This document shows positions 35,252 through 43,652 of a DNA stretch of 61,469 nt, piece after piece. Under the pieces are notes generated by a model that ran no database searches, was not told the origin of the DNA, and saw only the letters and a list, made by a program, of their open reading frames with translations. The translations under genes and the position numbers were made by a program. How positions within the stretch are numbered: position 1 is the stretch's first letter; each line of letters begins with the position of its first letter. The DNA comes from a virus (taxonomy: Duplodnaviria; Caudoviricetes): positions 1-61,469 of the IMG/VR virus record IMGVR_UViG_3300048838_000933; one strand, 5' to 3'.

Positions 35252-36441
35252 TGGTCAACCCGAACGATGTCACACTCGGCTGCGCCGACGAGTACGAAGC
35301 GATCATCACCGCACGCGATCTGCAGACCTACGCGGCCCGTCTCGACTGGTCGCAGCTCTCGTGGTCACGCGTCCTCGACGAAGTCTCCACGGCGTCGGTG
35401 ACGGTGCCGGACATCTTCGGCGGGCTGCGCTGCAACATCGAACTGGGCTCGGCCATCGTGCCATGGAGGTTCGGGCTGCGCATCGAACGCAACGGCCAGC
35501 TCGTGTGGGCGGGCCCGATCACCAACGTCACCCGCCCGGTGCGCAACGGGGCGGGCGCCGACTACGTCGAGATTCAGGCATCCGACTCCATGGCCTGGAT
35601 GGGCAAGCGCACCACGACCGCCAGCGCGCTGTACTCGTTCGTCGACGGCGGCGAAGTCTTCAAAGGCGTCCTCGAGGACGGTACTTCCTCAGACAACCTG
35701 TTCGGTCTGGAATGCCCGGAGTTCACAACCGGCTTCACGATGACACGCGAAGTGCTCGCCCTCGACTTCGAGTACACCCTGGACATCCTCACCGAACTGG
35801 CGGGCTCGGCTGTCGACTACTTCATGTACGGCACCGAGCTGGCCGTGTACGACGTCAGCGATGGCGGCTGGTTCGTGGTTCGCGACGGCGCCAAGAAGCG
35901 TCTCGCACCAACGAGCGACCCGTTCGGCCGCTACATCTACGGGCTGTTCACCGACGAGGCGTACACCTCCCGACCTGGCTTCACCATCGACGGCTTCGCC
36001 CAAGGAAACAACGTTATCATCCCCGGCGCGGACTCCGGCGAAGCTGGCTTCCGTCGGCTCTGGACGGCCTCAGACGTCACCCTGCTCGACGGCGTGCTCA
36101 CCTACGTCGACGTCAACCCCCTGTACCGACCGCAGAGCGACGGCCCGATCGTCGCCGACGGCGTGTTCCAGCAGCGCGCCGACACCGTGCTCGCCATGCG
36201 TCGCAACGCCCCCGTCATCTTCTCCGGCGGCATCCTGTCACCGAGCGCCCCCGTGACGGTAGACACCCTGTTCCCCGGGTCGCTGTGGGCGATCGATCTC
36301 GCCGAAGTCGGCGTCTCCCAACTTCTCGATGTCCACCGGTTGAAGCGTGTTGATGTGACCGTCTCAGCCGGGTCCGGCGGCATCGTCGAGCAGGTGTCGC
36401 CCACCCTGATCCCGCTCGGTTCCGACGAATCTGGAGGCTGA
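35251..36441 (+). CDS. Minor tail / baseplate hub protein
   Basis: LSWSRVLDEVSTASV...IERNGQLVWAGPI. Confidence 0.75.
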   Translation: MVNPNDVTLGCADEYEAIITARDLQTYAARLDWSQLSWSRVLDEVSTASVTVPDIFGGLRCNIELGSAIVPWRFGLRIERNGQLVWAGPITNVTRPVRNGAGADYVEIQASDSMAWMGKRTTTASALYSFVDGGEVFKGVLEDGTSSDNLFGLECPEFTTGFTMTREVLALDFEYTLDILTELAGSAVDYFMYGTELAVYDVSDGGWFVVRDGAKKRLAPTSDPFGRYIYGLFTDEAYTSRPGFTIDGFAQGNNVIIPGADSGEAGFRRLWTASDVTLLDGVLTYVDVNPLYRPQSDGPIVADGVFQQRADTVLAMRRNAPVIFSGGILSPSAPVTVDTLFPGSLWAIDLAEVGVSQLLDVHRLKRVDVTVSAGSGGIVEQVSPTLIPLGSDESGG

Positions 36442-36443
36442 CG

Positions 36444-36902
36444 ATGTCGGCACGCGACCTCGTCCTACCAGAGTCGGCGGCCCGACAGACTCTGGCGTTC
36501 ATCAGTGGCGACCTCAACTCGCTGGAACGCCGGCTCCGTTGGCCCGGCTCGGTCCGCTTCGCCCAGGAGGCATCGGTCGCCCTCACCGAGAGCGTGCCGG
36601 AGACGCTCGTCACCCTCACGCTCGATCCCGGCTCGTGGTGGGTGCTCGGCGGGACGCAGGCGTCCCTCGACTCGGCGGGTTCACTCTACTCGGTGACGCT
36701 CGACCTGTTCGGGGTCACCTCTGCGGGCATTGAGGTCGGGGGGGATTCCGAACCGATCGTCGGCGATCTCGACTCGATGACGGTGGTCGGCTATTCGAGG
36801 CTGACGACGACGACCGTGATTGAACTCGAACTGCTGTGGGTGACGGCCACACCGTCGTCGGGCACCGCCAACGACTGCTACCTGATCGCGATTCCTGCCT
36901 GA
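36444..36902 (+). CDS. Minor tail protein, paralog 1
   Basis: Coiled coil LERRLRWP + LDPGSW. Confidence 0.65.
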   Translation: MSARDLVLPESAARQTLAFISGDLNSLERRLRWPGSVRFAQEASVALTESVPETLVTLTLDPGSWWVLGGTQASLDSAGSLYSVTLDLFGVTSAGIEVGGDSEPIVGDLDSMTVVGYSRLTTTTVIELELLWVTATPSSGTANDCYLIAIPA

Positions 36903-37375
36903 TGGCATACCGTGGCTTCAACCCGCCGACGATGGCGTTCCAGGACGGCCTGTCGTCGCTGCGGGCCCGCATCCGCGCGCTGAACAAGCGCATCAAGTGG
37001 CCGGGCGCCGTCCAATCCTCGTTCCCCGATGACGTCAACGTCTCCGAAGACGTGGACACCCTGCTGGCGTCGATCACGTTGGACCCCGGCCGGTGGCTGG
37101 TCGCTGGGGGAACCTCATTCACGAACCCCGACGCCCAAGGCCCCGGCTACCGGGCGTACTGTTCGATCGTCGGCGGCCCGTTCGACGCCACGGTCGGAGG
37201 GATCGGTCCGACCACCCGCTCAGCCAATACGACAGACGGACTCACCGTGTTCTCGACTGGTGTCATCTCCTCGGAGACCGTGGTGGAGCTGCGTGGAACG
37301 TGGGGCGTGTTCGGGGCCTCCATCTATCCGACCTGCGTGGCGACACGCATCTTCCTGATCGCGACGCCCGCCTGA
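36902..37375 (+). CDS. Minor tail protein, paralog 2
   Basis: RIRALNKRIKWP + LDPGRW. Confidence 0.65.
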   Translation: MAYRGFNPPTMAFQDGLSSLRARIRALNKRIKWPGAVQSSFPDDVNVSEDVDTLLASITLDPGRWLVAGGTSFTNPDAQGPGYRAYCSIVGGPFDATVGGIGPTTRSANTTDGLTVFSTGVISSETVVELRGTWGVFGASIYPTCVATRIFLIATPA

Positions 37376-37884
37376 TGTCCGCCCGAGACCTACTCCTGCC
37401 ACGCACCGCCCTGCGCGACTTCCTGGACCGTTCCACCCGTCGCATCGAAGCGATTGAACGGCGCGCTGTGTGGTCCCCTGCCGTTGTCTCCGACGGCGTC
37501 GACTTCACCGGCAGTCCGTTCCTGGTCGTCGGGGGCATCCAGGACTCAACCGATCCGTCCTACCCGCAGCCGGGCACCGCGTTCGCAGGCGTCACCTTGG
37601 ACCCGGGCCGTTGGATCATCATGGCGAGAATCTGGGGCGAGTTGGCGATCACCGGTGGGGCTGGCGGCGAGATGGGGATGCACGTCACCCCGATCGACCT
37701 CTACAAGTCGAAGCGCTGGGGGTTCGCGTCGTTCACCCGCCAGCAGACGTTTGAGCACGCGTTCGAAGTGGTCGCCGAATCCGAGTACGACGCAACGGTC
37801 GGCATCTACGCTGGCGCCGAGCCCGGGTATTCGTCCGGGTTCCTGTACCTGTACTCGGCGTTGATCATCGCGTTCCCCGGGTGA
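37375..37884 (+). CDS. Minor tail protein, paralog 3
   Basis: RIEAIERRAVW + LDPGRW. Confidence 0.65.
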   Translation: MSARDLLLPRTALRDFLDRSTRRIEAIERRAVWSPAVVSDGVDFTGSPFLVVGGIQDSTDPSYPQPGTAFAGVTLDPGRWIIMARIWGELAITGGAGGEMGMHVTPIDLYKSKRWGFASFTRQQTFEHAFEVVAESEYDATVGIYAGAEPGYSSGFLYLYSALIIAFPG

Positions 37885-37916
37885 GAAACCAACCAACAGT
37901 CTGAGAGGATGGCATT

Positions 37917-38480
37917 GTGGGACTTTGCGGAGGATTCAGGTGCGGTTGCGGGTTGACGTCGACCCCGGCAACCGATGGAGCGATCAACGGTGAACTCCCG
38001 TCGATCGTGGTGTCGGGCTCGGGTGAGCCCGGCGACCCATTCGACATCACCCTGAATGACGCGTGGGCAGATGAGGTCGCCAGGAGCCCTAGGGGCGTAA
38101 TGGCTTACGCCGAGGAGACAGGCGATCAAAGCGGTGTGACGACCGTTGTGGACCTGACGGGCCTGTCGGCAACCTGGACTGCTGATCCGACCAGGGTCTA
38201 CCTGACAGTGCTTCACATCCCGCGACTGCTCAAGAACACTGCCGCCGGGACCGTGACCGGCTGGATCACCGACCCATCCAACTCCGCACTTACATCCTCA
38301 CTACTAACGCTTGGCGCCGCTGAGTATGGATTCATGGTGGTGCAAGTTCGCGAGGCCGGACTTTCCGGCGTCACCACGCGCAAGGGCAGAATCGCGACCA
38401 GCGGCGGCGGTGATCTGGATATCGAATCAGCGGTCGGAAGACCGTCGTTCATCATGGTCTCAGACGTCGGTGCCGCCTGA
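37917..38480 (+). CDS. Tail fibre/receptor-binding protein A
   Basis: LCGGFRCGC N-terminus shared with 38843; beta-rich C-terminus. Confidence 0.65.
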   Translation: MGLCGGFRCGCGLTSTPATDGAINGELPSIVVSGSGEPGDPFDITLNDAWADEVARSPRGVMAYAEETGDQSGVTTVVDLTGLSATWTADPTRVYLTVLHIPRLLKNTAAGTVTGWITDPSNSALTSSLLTLGAAEYGFMVVQVREAGLSGVTTRKGRIATSGGGDLDIESAVGRPSFIMVSDVGAA

Positions 38481-38647
38481 CGGGGCGTCCACGCCCGAGT
38501 GTTGCGTGTCGTTGAATGTGACGGCTGGACCCCCTGGCCCAACCAGAGCACCATATTTCGATCTTCCGCCCCCAGTGGCTAGCCGCCCGCCCGTCGCCCC
38601 GCAAACGGGCGTAGACACGGCGTATCCGCTCAACTAGGATGTCGGGC

Positions 38648-38833
38648 GTGAGCGATCGCCTCGTCATCGTCCCGCAAGTGGCACTCGACGACCTGTGCGC
38701 GCTCGCCGAACGGGCCGCCGAACGCATCCAGGTGATGACCCCCGGCCCGACCGACTCGCTCGTGATGGCGCTGCGCGGCTCGGTTCGCGAGGTCCGGGTG
38801 CATAGCCTCCTCGATCCGACCCCTGTCGGCTAA
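38648..38833 (+). CDS. Small hypothetical protein
   Basis: TAGGAT-7bp-GTG. Confidence 0.5.
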   Translation: MSDRLVIVPQVALDDLCALAERAAERIQVMTPGPTDSLVMALRGSVREVRVHSLLDPTPVG

Positions 38834-38842
38834 CCTGCTGGG

Positions 38843-39460
38843 ATGCCTCTTTGCGGGTCGTCATTTTGCGGTTGCGCCCTCAGCTCGGTGCCCGCCGACT
38901 TCGCCGAGATTGACGGGGCATTCCCAACCATCGACGTTGCCGGCAACGGCACCGGGGCGTCGCCCTGGAACCTCACGCTCAACGACGAATGGGCTGGAGC
39001 GGTGGCGGCCAAACCGGGGATTGAGCACGGCACCTACACCCCAACGCTGACCGGGATGGCGATAGGGACGGGCGGTGGAGCCGTGAACTCAGCGTCCTGG
39101 ACGTTCATTGGCGGCCCCAACCTCTCCGACATCGGCACGATGCAATGGGAATGGGAAATGGTGTTCGGCACGGCAGGACAAACCTTCCCAACCCAACCAA
39201 CGATAGCCCTCCCGGCGGGGTTCAATCTGGTGAACACATCCGACACCAGCTTCCCGATCGGGCGGTGTCTGTTCATCGACGTCACAGCATCGACCGCGAG
39301 CCGTTACGGGACTATAGCCGCCCACTCCGCCTCCGCCGTTCGGCCACTCATCAACGGAATCAGTGCTTCGATCTCCGCCATGACCACCACCACCCCGTTC
39401 GCGTGGGCGGCGTCGGACGAGATGCTTGGGTCGTTCACCGCTCGCGTGGTCCGCGTCTAG
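38843..39460 (+). CDS. Tail fibre/receptor-binding protein B
   Basis: LCGSSFCGC N-terminus; YTPTLT fibre-head-like segment. Confidence 0.65.
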   Translation: MPLCGSSFCGCALSSVPADFAEIDGAFPTIDVAGNGTGASPWNLTLNDEWAGAVAAKPGIEHGTYTPTLTGMAIGTGGGAVNSASWTFIGGPNLSDIGTMQWEWEMVFGTAGQTFPTQPTIALPAGFNLVNTSDTSFPIGRCLFIDVTASTASRYGTIAAHSASAVRPLINGISASISAMTTTTPFAWAASDEMLGSFTARVVRV

Positions 39461-39615
39461 GGCGCAGCCCACTGGCGTCGTCGCTGCTGCGGGCCGCGCC
39501 GCACGGAAAGGGGTCGTCGCAGCTCTCGCGAGAAGTATGCTCGGCGCATGAGTCGGACCCTTGACCTGGGAGGGCAGTAGTCATCGGTTGAGGTGGGGCC
39601 AAGAACCGGGCGTCG

Positions 39616-39894
39616 TTGACGCCCAACTCGATGAACCTGAAACGGACCTACGTCCACCCGGACGACTCGGGTGTGATCTCGCTGCAGGCGTACCCGGACG
39701 GCACCGAGCCGTACTCCGGCCCGTTCCGCAAGACGACCATCTTCGTCGTCGGCTACGGCACCGAACACGAGCAACTGTTCCGGCGCGCCGACCGCAACGC
39801 CGCCATCGCCGCCGCCCGAGAAAACCGTCTCACGTTCGATCAGGTGCCCGCAGGACAGATCTGCGCCGAGGCGGCTGAGGCGCTGTTCTCGTAG
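39616..39894 (+). CDS. Hypothetical protein
   Basis: GC3-rich ORF; start 39616 or 39631. Confidence 0.55.
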   Translation: MTPNSMNLKRTYVHPDDSGVISLQAYPDGTEPYSGPFRKTTIFVVGYGTEHEQLFRRADRNAAIAAARENRLTFDQVPAGQICAEAAEALFS

Positions 39895-39933
39895 TCGGGA
39901 AGAACCCAATCTCGCTGGTGTATGTTTAGCGCC

Positions 39934-40518
39934 ATGGTGACACGAGGCAAGTCGTTCCCGACATATGTTGGCGAGCAACCGCCGATCGGTACGCCCGCCG
40001 CTGATGATCAACTGATCTGGCGCGACGCATCCGGCCAGGCTGCGGCCAGCGAGACCAACGCGGCACTGGCAGCGCGTCTTGGTGGTGGCGGGTCAGATGC
40101 TGCTGTGGCCGGCTACGTCGACGACCCGGTCTCGCTCACGACAGTCGCGCTTGCTGCCCAGTATCTGTCGCTTGTCGCTGGCGGTGCGTCGGTGGAGAAC
40201 GTCGGGGCCATCGAATCCAACGTCCAGACTGTAGGTGCGACGGGTGCGACCGAGACGTTGGACACGGCCACGTATGGCGTGTTCGACATGACGATGGATC
40301 AGGCGTGCGAGTTCACGTTCTCCAACCCGGCACCATCGGGCAAGAACACGACATTCGTCCTCGTCCTCCGAGGCGCATTCACGCCGACCCTGCCCGCTTC
40401 GGTGGACTGGTCCGGTGGTGTCGCTCCAACGTACACAACTCCGAGCGTGTACGTGTTCACGACGGTTGATGCCGGGACGACCTGGCTCGGCTCGCAGGTC
40501 GGGGCGGCGTTCGCGTGA
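39934..40518 (+). CDS. Virion fibre protein
   Basis: FTFSNPAPSG...WSGGVAPT...TVDAGTTW beta domain; TATGTT-7bp-ATG. Confidence 0.65.
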   Translation: MVTRGKSFPTYVGEQPPIGTPAADDQLIWRDASGQAAASETNAALAARLGGGGSDAAVAGYVDDPVSLTTVALAAQYLSLVAGGASVENVGAIESNVQTVGATGATETLDTATYGVFDMTMDQACEFTFSNPAPSGKNTTFVLVLRGAFTPTLPASVDWSGGVAPTYTTPSVYVFTTVDAGTTWLGSQVGAAFA

Positions 40519-41237
40519 CCCTGCCGAACTTTGCTCTACTGTCGGCGTCGGCCGGTGTAGTCGGCTTCCAGCCGACTGACATCACGGGGTGTATTGGCTG
40601 GTGGGATGCGGCAGATGCATCTGTGTTCACGTACTCATCGGGGACCCTGGTGAGTGAGTGGGCCGACAAGTCATCTGCTGGCGCTGACGTTTCGCAGGCC
40701 ACCACCACATCGCAGCCGACCCGCAGTGCGACGATCGGCGGCGTTGACGCCGTGCGCTTCTCCGCCGCGCGCCCCGACATTCTCAACACGGCCAACGCCA
40801 CGACCAGGGCGTTGCCGATGACGGTGTTCGCTGCTGCACGTTACCAGTCGGTGTCTGGCGGCGCATCGCAGGTGGTCCTCGGCACGAGGGATACGACAGC
40901 AACGCGATTGGCGTGCTATCACGCGGCCTCACAGATGCGCCTGTATGCGGGCTCGGTGTGGAATCCTGGCACGTCGGTGGCGGTCGACACCGATTACATC
41001 CAGCAGTGGACAGCCAACGGGACCACCGGCAACGCCATTCGCCGTTCCGGTGGAGCGTCGGCGGCCTCAGCGAGTATCGGCACGAACGGTGCCGACGGGT
41101 TCGCCATCGGCCGCGTGGTGACTGGCGACGTGGGGGAAGTCATCGTTTACAACTCGGCGCTGTCGCTGTCGGACATCAACACCGTCGGCGAATACCTCGC
41201 AGCGAAGTGGGGGATCACATGGACGACCGCAACATGA
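40515..41237 (+). CDS. LamG/ConA-like lectin virion protein
   Basis: WWDAAD...WADKS...GDVGEVIVYNSALS...YLAAKWG. Confidence 0.75.
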   Translation: MTLPNFALLSASAGVVGFQPTDITGCIGWWDAADASVFTYSSGTLVSEWADKSSAGADVSQATTTSQPTRSATIGGVDAVRFSAARPDILNTANATTRALPMTVFAAARYQSVSGGASQVVLGTRDTTATRLACYHAASQMRLYAGSVWNPGTSVAVDTDYIQQWTANGTTGNAIRRSGGASAASASIGTNGADGFAIGRVVTGDVGEVIVYNSALSLSDINTVGEYLAAKWGITWTTAT

Positions 41238-41254
41238 GCGACAAGGGGCACTGA

Positions 41255-41899
41255 ATGTACGCACAGATCACCGCCAACACGATCACCGCCGAGTCGGCCC
41301 AGGTGCCACAGTCGGCCCGCCGCCTCGACACCGGCCAATGGGTGCTCGGTCTGCGTGACGCCAGCGTGGCGACGCAGCAGGCGTGCGGATGGTTCGCCGT
41401 CAACGACGTGGCCCGCCCCGCCGATACCGACACGACCACCCACGACCGCAGCGTAGAACTCGTCGCAGGTGCGCCGACCGTCGTATGGACCGAACGGGCC
41501 TTGAGTGACGACGAACTGGCCGCCCGTCGACTGGCCGAAGCGCCCGACCTGACAGCGACCGTCGTGGCCCGCCTCGTGGCCGCCGACAACGAGACCCCGC
41601 AACCCTGGAAGCAGCCGCAAGGGGCACATGACGCCTACCTGCCGGGCGTGATCGTCACCTCGAACGGCGACCGCTACCGCAACACGCTGACCGTGCCGAA
41701 CGTGTGGGGCTTGGACGTGTACGGCTGGGAGAACCTCGACGCCGTCACGCCGACCGACCCGCAGCCGTGGGTGCAGCCGACCGGAGCCCATGACGCCTAC
41801 AACATCGGGGATCGTGTCACTCACAACGGGCAGACCTGGGAGTCGACCGCAGCGAGCAACGTGTGGGCTCCCGGCGTGTTCGGCTGGGTCGTCGTTTAA
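41255..41899 (+). CDS. Carbohydrate-binding protein with tandem CBM5/12-like repeats
   Basis: Two W(K/V)QPxGAHDAY...NG...NVW...GW repeats. Confidence 0.8.
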   Translation: MYAQITANTITAESAQVPQSARRLDTGQWVLGLRDASVATQQACGWFAVNDVARPADTDTTTHDRSVELVAGAPTVVWTERALSDDELAARRLAEAPDLTATVVARLVAADNETPQPWKQPQGAHDAYLPGVIVTSNGDRYRNTLTVPNVWGLDVYGWENLDAVTPTDPQPWVQPTGAHDAYNIGDRVTHNGQTWESTAASNVWAPGVFGWVVV

Positions 41900-41917
41900 T
41901 TCCAATAATGGTCGCCC

Positions 41918-42157
41918 TCAGCGGTCGGTCCAGCCGGGCCGCTGACGGATCAGTTCGCCGACCAGCAGGAACCCTTCGAGCGCGTCCAGTATCCGGCCGA
42001 CCTGGGCGTCGTCGAGCTGGCTCCACGAGGTGATGTCTCGTCGCAGGAAGACCTGGGCGAAGTCGATCCTCTCCTCGTCGGTGAGTCCGATCTGGTCCGA
42101 GTAGACGTGCATCTTGCGTCGCCGGGCAGCGAGGATGTCCCGTTGGTTGACGGCCAC
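41918..42157 (-). CDS. Small helical protein, Mu GemA (DUF1018)-like N-terminus
   Basis: MH...IGLTDEER...TSWSQLDDAQVGRILDAL. Confidence 0.55.
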   Translation of the reverse strand: MAVNQRDILAARRRKMHVYSDQIGLTDEERIDFAQVFLRRDITSWSQLDDAQVGRILDALEGFLLVGELIRQRPGWTDR

Positions 42158-42215
42158 CCGCCTATCCTACGAGATTGTGCCAAGGGCTGCGTCCTACAGC
42201 GGATCGTTTGATGAG

Positions 42216-42590
42216 ATGCCACTGTCGGTTCAGCGCGCCGCCGCCGTACCTCGCGACTACTACGCCCAGGCGTTGTGTCGGCCCGGAGAATCGTCGGTGC
42301 CGTCGATCGCGTGGACCGTCGAGCCCGGCAAGAAGAAGCACTCAGTGGCCGGCCACCTGTACGACGGAGACACACTCGTCGAGCTGGCGTTGACCACCTG
42401 CCGCATCTGCCCGGTGCAATGGGAATGCGCCGCCGCTGCGATCGCTGCCGAAGAAGCCGCTGGCATCTGGTCGGACCACCTCGACAACCTGCGCGTCTTC
42501 CGCCGCACACCGAATGTCCTGCTCGAGTTGAAGGCTCGTGGCGTTCCGGTGCAGGAGGCTGTACGCCGGGTCGCCGCTGGCATAACATGA
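42216..42590 (+). CDS. WhiB-family transcription factor (divergent)
   Basis: ALC...CRICPVQWEC...GIWS. Confidence 0.75.
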   Translation: MPLSVQRAAAVPRDYYAQALCRPGESSVPSIAWTVEPGKKKHSVAGHLYDGDTLVELALTTCRICPVQWECAAAAIAAEEAAGIWSDHLDNLRVFRRTPNVLLELKARGVPVQEAVRRVAAGIT

Positions 42591-42591
42591 C
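42579..42591. promoter_or_regulatory. Operator/-10 upstream of terminase operon
   Basis: GGCATAACATGAC; TAACAT-6bp-ATG(42595). Confidence 0.6.
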
Positions 42592-42594
42592 GGG

Positions 42595-42888
42595 ATGCTC
42601 ACACTCAGCAAGTGCCACATCACCGGCCCAGACATGGACGACATCGAAGACGCCGTAATCGTCGTCTCGGGCGAGTCGCCGAACGCCACGATCCGTATCT
42701 CCGTGCCCGACCACGAGGTCCGCAAGTTCCGAACCGTCGACCGGCTCCTGAACGCCTCCATCAAAGGCAAGGGGAAGAACTGGACGATCGAAGGTGAATC
42801 CGAACAGCTCGCCACCGTCGTGCGCACCACCGACACGCTGGTGAAGATGAACGTGAAGTCCCTCGGTGGATGCCAGGGGTGCCGATGA
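42595..42888 (+). CDS. Hypothetical protein
   Basis: Ends GGCQGCR; leaderless start. Confidence 0.65.
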   Translation: MLTLSKCHITGPDMDDIEDAVIVVSGESPNATIRISVPDHEVRKFRTVDRLLNASIKGKGKNWTIEGESEQLATVVRTTDTLVKMNVKSLGGCQGCR

Positions 42889-43199
42889 TGTTCGATCTCC
42901 TCATCCTCATCGTCGTGTTGTCGCTCGTCACCTATCGGCTGGGCCGCTTCGTGGTCCTCGACAGCATGTTCGAAGGCACTCGCGACAAGACGCTCGGCTG
43001 GATGCACCGGCGCGGCAACTTCTTCTGGGTGAAGACCGCCGAACTCCTCGGCTGCCCGTACTGCATCACGGTCTGGCTCGCCGCCGGCGCGTGCCTCGCG
43101 TGGCGGGTGTTTGTCGAATCGTACCCGGCACCCGTCTTCGTCTGGCTGGCAGTCTCCGCCGGCTCACTGATGGCCTGGCGCGTTGTAGATTCCGAGTAG
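42885..43199 (+). CDS. DUF1360 membrane protein
   Basis: YRLGRFVVLDS...LLGCPYCITVW. Confidence 0.8.
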   Translation: MMFDLLILIVVLSLVTYRLGRFVVLDSMFEGTRDKTLGWMHRRGNFFWVKTAELLGCPYCITVWLAAGACLAWRVFVESYPAPVFVWLAVSAGSLMAWRVVDSE

Positions 43200-43202
43200 C
43201 CC

Positions 43203-43652
43203 ATGACCACAACCATGACGCGAGCCGAGGAGAAGCAGGCGGCACAACACACTCGCTTCTTCGAACGCGTCTTGGAAGGCTGCGGCCCGCTCAACGCCGC
43301 CATCGAGGTCGGCTGGTCGCCGGCCGAACTGGACCGCAAGATGAAGGACGCCGAGTTCGCCGAGACGGTCGGCATCGTGCTCGAACGCCGACTCGAAGGT
43401 GTTGAGGAAACCATCTGGGTGAAGGCACGCGAAGGCGTCCGGTGGGCAGCGCAGATGGTGGTCTACAACCAGCGCTCCGACCGATGGAAGGACGTGCGCC
43501 ACATCCGCACCGAAGTCTCCAACCAGCTCGACCCGGCCACCGTCACCTCGGTGAAGCAGGCCATGCTGGAAGTGTTGCGCGGCGACGTCGAATCCATCAC
43601 CGCCATGCAGCCCAAGTACATCGAGGCAACGGCAGTCGATGTCGACGACTGA
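43203..43652 (+). CDS. Terminase small subunit (putative)
   Basis: HTH-like N-terminus (AAIEVGWS...DAEFAE); overlaps terL start. Confidence 0.7.
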   Translation: MTTTMTRAEEKQAAQHTRFFERVLEGCGPLNAAIEVGWSPAELDRKMKDAEFAETVGIVLERRLEGVEETIWVKAREGVRWAAQMVVYNQRSDRWKDVRHIRTEVSNQLDPATVTSVKQAMLEVLRGDVESITAMQPKYIEATAVDVDD

